NCBI GenBank assembly: GCA_937901965.1
Contig: CALGSW010000010.1
Span: forward strand, 83,775 to 147,774
Direction: 5' to 3'
Source of the DNA: an uncultured Bacteroidota bacterium
Lineage (GTDB): Bacteria; Bacteroidota; Bacteroidia; Bacteroidales; UBA932
DNA length: 64,000 nucleotides
Shown here: positions 59,198 through 64,000 of the stretch, piece after piece
How positions within the stretch are numbered: the stretch's first letter is position 1
Layout of the letters: every line of letters starts with the position of its first letter
Position numbers and translations under genes: made by a program
Notes under the pieces: generated by a model
What the model was told of the DNA's origin: nothing
What the model saw: the letters and a program-made list of their open reading frames with translations, nothing else
Databases searched by the model: none

Positions 59198-59212
59198 ATT
59201 ATATTTGTAATT

Positions 59213-60430
59213 ATGCAATTGACAGCTGAGAACATTTTACTTATTGGTTCTGTACTTATATTTGTCAGCATTGTTGCCGGAAAGGCAGCTTACAAATTCG
59301 GCGTACCGTTACTACTTCTCTTTTTGATGGTAGGTATGGTTTTCGGTAGTGATGGAATAGGCATCAAGTTTGACAGTCCTTACATTGCTCAATTTATTGG
59401 AAATGTAGCTCTCAGTATCATTCTCTTTTCCGGAGGTATGGATACTCAGTTTAAAGACATAAGACCTGTAATAGCTCCCGGGATTTTGCTCTCTACTCTA
59501 GGAGTTTTATTGACAACACTTTTTACAGGAATGCTTATATATTTAATTACAGCAATGTTGTCATTTTTCCCCGGACTTACCATTGCTGAATCCATGCTAC
59601 TGGCTTCTGTAATGTCTTCTACTGATTCTGCATCTGTATTCTCAATTCTACGATCTAAAGGAATTAGATTAAAAGAGAATCTTAAGCCTCTTCTTGAACT
59701 AGAGAGCGGGAGTAATGATCCAATGGCTTACATGCTAATGTTGATATTTCTTAACATGGTTGTTACAGGAGATTCTTCGGCATCTTCATTTATATCTTCT
59801 TTTCTCATCCAATTTTCTTTAGGAGCAGTTTGCGGTTATGGTTTTGCAAAGCTTGCCCTGTTCTTTATTAAAAGATTAAATACTGAAAATAGATCTTTAT
59901 ACCATGTTTTACTTCTGGCAACATTGTTTTTTGTCCAATCTGCAACTGGTCTCATAGGCGGTAACGGATTCCTTGCTGTCTATATTGCCGGATTAGTCAT
60001 AGGAAACAATAAAATACAATGCGATCCTACTGCATATACATTTTTTGACAGCATTGCATGGTTGAGTCAATTAGTTTTATTTCTCACTTTAGGATTGTTT
60101 GTTAATCCTAATGAGTTGATTGATATAGCTATTCCAGGTATTTTAATTGCATTCTCTCTAACTGTTATCTCAAGACCTCTCTCTGTTTTTATTACTCTTC
60201 TGCCATTTAGAAATTTCTCTTTGAAGGCAAGACATTTTGTATCCTGGATAGGCTTAAGAGGGGCTGTCCCAATTGTCTTTGCAACATATCCATTAATTGC
60301 GGGTATAGAAAACGGGCAATTTATGTTTGATATTGTGTTTTTTGTTACTATAGTCTCTCTATTATTACAGGGTACTTCAGTTAGTTTATCTGCAAGAAAA
60401 TTATCTTTATCTGAAGAATCAGATTCATAA
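59213..60430 (+). CDS. CPA1 K+/H+ antiporter (CvrA/NhaP2-like), membrane domain only
   Basis: GVPLLLLFL, ILFSGG, SSTDSASVF, LELESGSNDP, WIGLRGAVPI. Confidence 0.88.
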   Translation: MQLTAENILLIGSVLIFVSIVAGKAAYKFGVPLLLLFLMVGMVFGSDGIGIKFDSPYIAQFIGNVALSIILFSGGMDTQFKDIRPVIAPGILLSTLGVLLTTLFTGMLIYLITAMLSFFPGLTIAESMLLASVMSSTDSASVFSILRSKGIRLKENLKPLLELESGSNDPMAYMLMLIFLNMVVTGDSSASSFISSFLIQFSLGAVCGYGFAKLALFFIKRLNTENRSLYHVLLLATLFFVQSATGLIGGNGFLAVYIAGLVIGNNKIQCDPTAYTFFDSIAWLSQLVLFLTLGLFVNPNELIDIAIPGILIAFSLTVISRPLSVFITLLPFRNFSLKARHFVSWIGLRGAVPIVFATYPLIAGIENGQFMFDIVFFVTIVSLLLQGTSVSLSARKLSLSEESDS

Positions 60431-60454
60431 AGAGAATCATTAGCTTCTTAATAT

Positions 60455-60462
60455 TATCTTTG
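60455..60462 (+). promoter_or_regulatory. -7 promoter box for the symporter-argS unit
   Basis: TATCTTTG, 22 nt upstream of the ATG. Confidence 0.65.
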
Positions 60463-60484
60463 CAGAAATCTAAAAAGATTATAT

Positions 60485-61849
60485 ATGTCTCAACTTTTAA
60501 ATGAAGTGGGAGTTATGATTGTCTCATTTGGCAACTGGCTCTGGGGGCTTCCCCTATTTTTACTGCTGATTGGAGGCGGTCTTTGGTTTCTCGTTTACTC
60601 TGGCTTTGTTCCATTCAGATACTTTGGAAGAGCTATAAAATCTTTAAGGAAGAAGGAGGATAGTGCACCCGGACAGATTAGTTCATTTGAAGCACTGGCA
60701 AGTGCTATTGCGTCTACTGTTGGAATGGGAAACATATCTGGTGTCGCCGTTGCAATTACAATGGGAGGACCAGGTACTATATTTTGGATGTGGGTAAGTG
60801 CTGTTGTTGGTATGGCAACAAAATTCTTTGAAGGAACACTTACAATTATGTTTAAAGGTAAGGATTCATCCGGAGAGGTACAGGGCGGACCAATGTATAT
60901 GATTACTGAGGGATTAGGGAAATCATGGAAGCCCTTAGCCGTCTTTTTCTCTATTTTCGGATTGATTGGGACATTATGTTTAATGCAGGCTAATCAATTA
61001 ACAGAAGCAATAACAACAGTTATTACTACCCCTATGGGTATTGAAAGCAGCATGTTATTAAAGTTTATAATTGGTCTCTCAATGACTATTATAGTTGCAG
61101 TAGTTGTACTGGGTGGAATTAAAAGAATATCTAGAGTTGCTGCAAAATTAGTCCCCACTATGGTACTCATGTATTTTTTACTTGTAGGATACATTTTAAT
61201 AACTCATATTTCATCAGTACCTGAAGTTTTTGCATCAATATTCAGAGAGGCTTTTCAGTTTAAAGCAGGATTAGGCGGACTGGCCGGATCGGCTATTATC
61301 ATCGGAGCAAGAAGAGCTGCTTTTGTAAATGAAGCTGGTGTGGGAACTGCCTCAATGATGCATGGAGCTTCAAAAAATACTGAACCTGTAAGGGAGGGAC
61401 TGGTTGCAATGATTGGTCCAGCTATTGATTCAGGATTAGTGTGTACACTTACAGCCCTTGCAATCCTGATTAACGGAGATTATGAAGTTTCAAAGTTGCA
61501 GGGAATTCAGATGGCAATGAACTCTTTTGAGCAGTCAATTCCCGGAATTGGTCAATACCTGTTATTGGGAATGGCTGTAATATTTGCATTTTCAACAATG
61601 TTTTCTTATTCGTACTATGGAGTAAAGTGTACAAACTACCTTTTTGGTGCGAAGTATGCCCATTTTTATAATTATTTCTTTCTGATAATGTTGGTAGTTG
61701 GAGCTGTTATATCGTTAGATGTTGTTGTTGGTGTTATTGATAGTGCGTATGCTCTTATGGCAATACCAACAATGTTTACCTTATTAGTTCTGTCTCCAAA
61801 GGTAAAGAGAGAGATGAAGATTTATTTCAATAATCAAAAAACAAAGTGA
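60485..61849 (+). CDS. Alanine/glycine:cation symporter (AGCS family)
   Basis: ASTVGMGNISGVA, GGPGTIFWMW, GGPMY, GARRAAFVNEAGVG, FSTMFSYSYYG. Confidence 0.92.
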   Translation: MSQLLNEVGVMIVSFGNWLWGLPLFLLLIGGGLWFLVYSGFVPFRYFGRAIKSLRKKEDSAPGQISSFEALASAIASTVGMGNISGVAVAITMGGPGTIFWMWVSAVVGMATKFFEGTLTIMFKGKDSSGEVQGGPMYMITEGLGKSWKPLAVFFSIFGLIGTLCLMQANQLTEAITTVITTPMGIESSMLLKFIIGLSMTIIVAVVVLGGIKRISRVAAKLVPTMVLMYFLLVGYILITHISSVPEVFASIFREAFQFKAGLGGLAGSAIIIGARRAAFVNEAGVGTASMMHGASKNTEPVREGLVAMIGPAIDSGLVCTLTALAILINGDYEVSKLQGIQMAMNSFEQSIPGIGQYLLLGMAVIFAFSTMFSYSYYGVKCTNYLFGAKYAHFYNYFFLIMLVVGAVISLDVVVGVIDSAYALMAIPTMFTLLVLSPKVKREMKIYFNNQKTK

Positions 61850-63627
61850 TGAGTTTAGAGTTTCATATAGCTAATAAATTAACGGAAGCAGTCAAAGTCT
61901 TGTACGGATATGAAGTTTCAGGAGAAATACTTCAAGTTCAAACAACTAGAAAAGAATTTGAGGGTGATTTAACTACAGTTATCTTTCCTCTATTAAAGAT
62001 TTCAAAAAAATCGCCAGAAGAGACTGGTCATGAAATTGGAAAATTCCTCTTTGAAAATGTGACAGAAATTTCTTCTTACAATGTAGTAAAGGGTTTTTTG
62101 AATCTTACAATATCGGATGAGTACTGGATTAATTCTCTTAAAACAATCATCTCTTCTGAAAACTGGGGCACATTTCCAAGGTCAGGTAAAAAAGTGATGG
62201 TTGAATTTTCTTCGCCAAACACTAATAAACCGCTCCATTTAGGTCATATTAGAAATAATTTACTGGGATGGTCTGTCGCAAAATTACTTGAATGTAACGG
62301 ACATGAAGTAATTAAGGTTAATTTAGTTAATGACAGAGGTATTCATATCTGCAAATCTATGCTTGCTTGGAAAAGAGAATCCAATGGAGAAACTCCAGAC
62401 ACTTCAGGATTAAAAGGAGATCATTTGGTAGGGAAGTATTATGTAATCTTTAATGATCTGCTTAAAAAAGAGATTGAGACACTGGCAGAGTCCGGGATGA
62501 CAAAAGAGGAGGCAGAGAAATCTTCACAATTATTAAAAGATGCCCAGCAAATGCTTTTAAAGTGGGAACAGGGAGACAAAGAGACTGTTAACCTGTGGAA
62601 GAAAATGAATGGCTGGGTTTATGATGGATTTGATCAAACTTACAACAGGCTGGGAGTTTCATTTGATAAAACTTATTATGAATCTAACACTTATCTTCTT
62701 GGCAAAGAGATAGTTAACAAAGGATTGAGTCAAAACGTTTTTACAAGAAAAGATAATGGATCTGTCTGGTGTGATTTAACATCTGATGGACTTGATGAAA
62801 AATTACTATTAAGATCAGATGGAACTTCAGTATACATGACTCAGGATTTAGGTACTGCTCACCAACGTTATTCTGAATATTCTTTTGATGAACATATATA
62901 TGTTGTTGGAAATGAACAGAATTATCATTTTCAAGTTTTAAAACTCATCCTTAAAAAGCTCGGTTATAAATGGGCTGACAATATTTATCATCTCTCATAT
63001 GGTATGGTAGAATTACCCCAAGGAAAGATGAAATCAAGAGAGGGTACCGTTGTAGATGCAGATGATCTTATTCAAAATATGGTTACAACAGCAAAAGAGA
63101 CATCTATGGAACTGGGCAAACTTGAAAACATGGATGAAGATTATAAATCTACTCTATTTGAACTACTTGGGCTTGGAGCATTAAAATATTTTATACTGAA
63201 GGTAGACCCAAAAAAAACGATGCTTTTTGATCCAAAAGAATCTATTGATTTCAATGGAAATACTGGTCCATTTATTCAGTATACACATGCAAGGATTAAA
63301 TCAATATTAAGAAAAGCAGAGGAACAAAACATCAAAGCGGTTTTCAATTCGGCCCCTGTTAATCCAATTGAAATTGAAATAATTAAGCTTCTTAATAGTT
63401 TTCCGGCAAAAATTAAGGAGGCTGGTGATGCCCACTCTCCAGCTTTAGTTGCAAATTACTGTTATGATTTGGCAAAAGAGTTTAATCATTACTATCATGA
63501 AATTCCAATTTTAAAGGAGAGTGATCTCTCTGTAAGGTCTCAAAGACTTGTTTTAATTGATACTATTGCAAAAATTCTTTCCAGAGGTATGGCAATTCTA
63601 GGAATTACCCTTCCGGAGAGGATGTAA
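61846..63627 (+). CDS. argS: Arginine--tRNA ligase
   Basis: EFSSPNTNKPLHLGH (HIGH-like), KMKSREG, GNTGPFIQYTHAR, PERM C-terminus. Confidence 0.97.
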   Translation: MMSLEFHIANKLTEAVKVLYGYEVSGEILQVQTTRKEFEGDLTTVIFPLLKISKKSPEETGHEIGKFLFENVTEISSYNVVKGFLNLTISDEYWINSLKTIISSENWGTFPRSGKKVMVEFSSPNTNKPLHLGHIRNNLLGWSVAKLLECNGHEVIKVNLVNDRGIHICKSMLAWKRESNGETPDTSGLKGDHLVGKYYVIFNDLLKKEIETLAESGMTKEEAEKSSQLLKDAQQMLLKWEQGDKETVNLWKKMNGWVYDGFDQTYNRLGVSFDKTYYESNTYLLGKEIVNKGLSQNVFTRKDNGSVWCDLTSDGLDEKLLLRSDGTSVYMTQDLGTAHQRYSEYSFDEHIYVVGNEQNYHFQVLKLILKKLGYKWADNIYHLSYGMVELPQGKMKSREGTVVDADDLIQNMVTTAKETSMELGKLENMDEDYKSTLFELLGLGALKYFILKVDPKKTMLFDPKESIDFNGNTGPFIQYTHARIKSILRKAEEQNIKAVFNSAPVNPIEIEIIKLLNSFPAKIKEAGDAHSPALVANYCYDLAKEFNHYYHEIPILKESDLSVRSQRLVLIDTIAKILSRGMAILGITLPERM

Positions 63628-63635
63628 TTATTATA

Positions 63636-64000
63636 ATGGTTCTAAAAGACAGAGATATATTTCCGATTCCTACATCTAAAAAGGAGATGGAGGCCCTTGG
63701 GTGGGACTCTGCTGATATTATACTTTTTTCAGGAGATGCCTTTATAGACCATCCATCTTTTGGAACAGCCGTTATTGCAAGAGTACTTCTTGATAACGGA
63801 TACAAAGTTGCTGTAGTTCCACAACCAAACTGGAGAGATGATTTAAGGGACTTTATAAAACTTGGAGAACCAAAGCTGTTCTTTGGTGTAAATGCAGGTG
63901 TAATGGATTCAATGATTAACCATTACACTGCAAATAAAAGATTAAGAAGTAATGATGCTTATACTCCCGGAGGAGAATCCGGTAGGAGACCTGACTATGC
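63636..64000 (+). CDS. YgiQ (UPF0313) family radical SAM protein, 3' partial
   Basis: Not in the ORF track. Manual translation gives MVLKDRDIFPIPTSKKEMEALGWDSADIILFSGDAFIDHPSFGTAVIARVL...PQPNWRDD...GVMDSMINHYTANKRLRSNDAYTPGG. Confidence 0.9.
   Translation, partial: MVLKDRDIFPIPTSKKEMEALGWDSADIILFSGDAFIDHPSFGTAVIARVLLDNGYKVAVVPQPNWRDDLRDFIKLGEPKLFFGVNAGVMDSMINHYTANKRLRSNDAYTPGGESGRRPDY

Noticed and set aside
63605-63805. 66-aa - strand ORF at the right end
   Set aside because: Antisense to the YgiQ radical SAM gene that starts at 63636 on the + strand.
1-64000. CRISPR array, rRNA, IS elements, riboswitches
   Set aside because: No regularly spaced repeats, rRNA-like sequence or transposase motifs were seen. 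Intergenic gaps are too short for a cobalamin or TPP riboswitch, and none was recognised. An Rfam scan would be decisive.

Overview
This is a gene-dense, AT-rich chromosomal window from a Bacteroidota bacterium, most likely an anaerobic Bacteroidales. The assignment rests on many canonical TAnnTTTG -7 promoter boxes and on Bacteroidota-typical gene neighbourhoods (gnd-zwf-pgl, clpC divergent from gyrA-TPR, dnaN-exonuclease-FAH, degP-rpoD). It carries about 49 CDSs (two partial) and two tRNA-Lys genes. I saw no integrase, transposase, prophage or CRISPR array. Housekeeping content is AddAB, the oxidative pentose phosphate pathway, gyrA, clpC, dnaN, rpoD, argS, ackA-ptb-buk and several peptidases. 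Top observations: (1) a 116-aa membrane-type upstream ORF with three HxH motifs and a C-terminal RAPP motif, directly in front of a TonB-dependent receptor with a CxxC plug, is a candidate His-based metal-sensing ribosome-arrest attenuator. (2) A complete Wsp/ACF-like chemosensory operon (cheW-cheR/TPR-cheW-MCP-cheA-cheB-REC/HK, then patatin) is unexpected in a non-flagellated lineage and is divergent from a hemerythrin/LuxR pair across a perfect palindrome. (3) A stand-alone GNAT/Mom-like gene of apparent phage-type origin sits beside tRNA-Lys. (4) Two enzymes appear to have lost catalytic residues: PurF lacks its Cys nucleophile and an FAH-like protein lacks its metal ligands. All family assignments come from motif recognition by eye; no database search was run.
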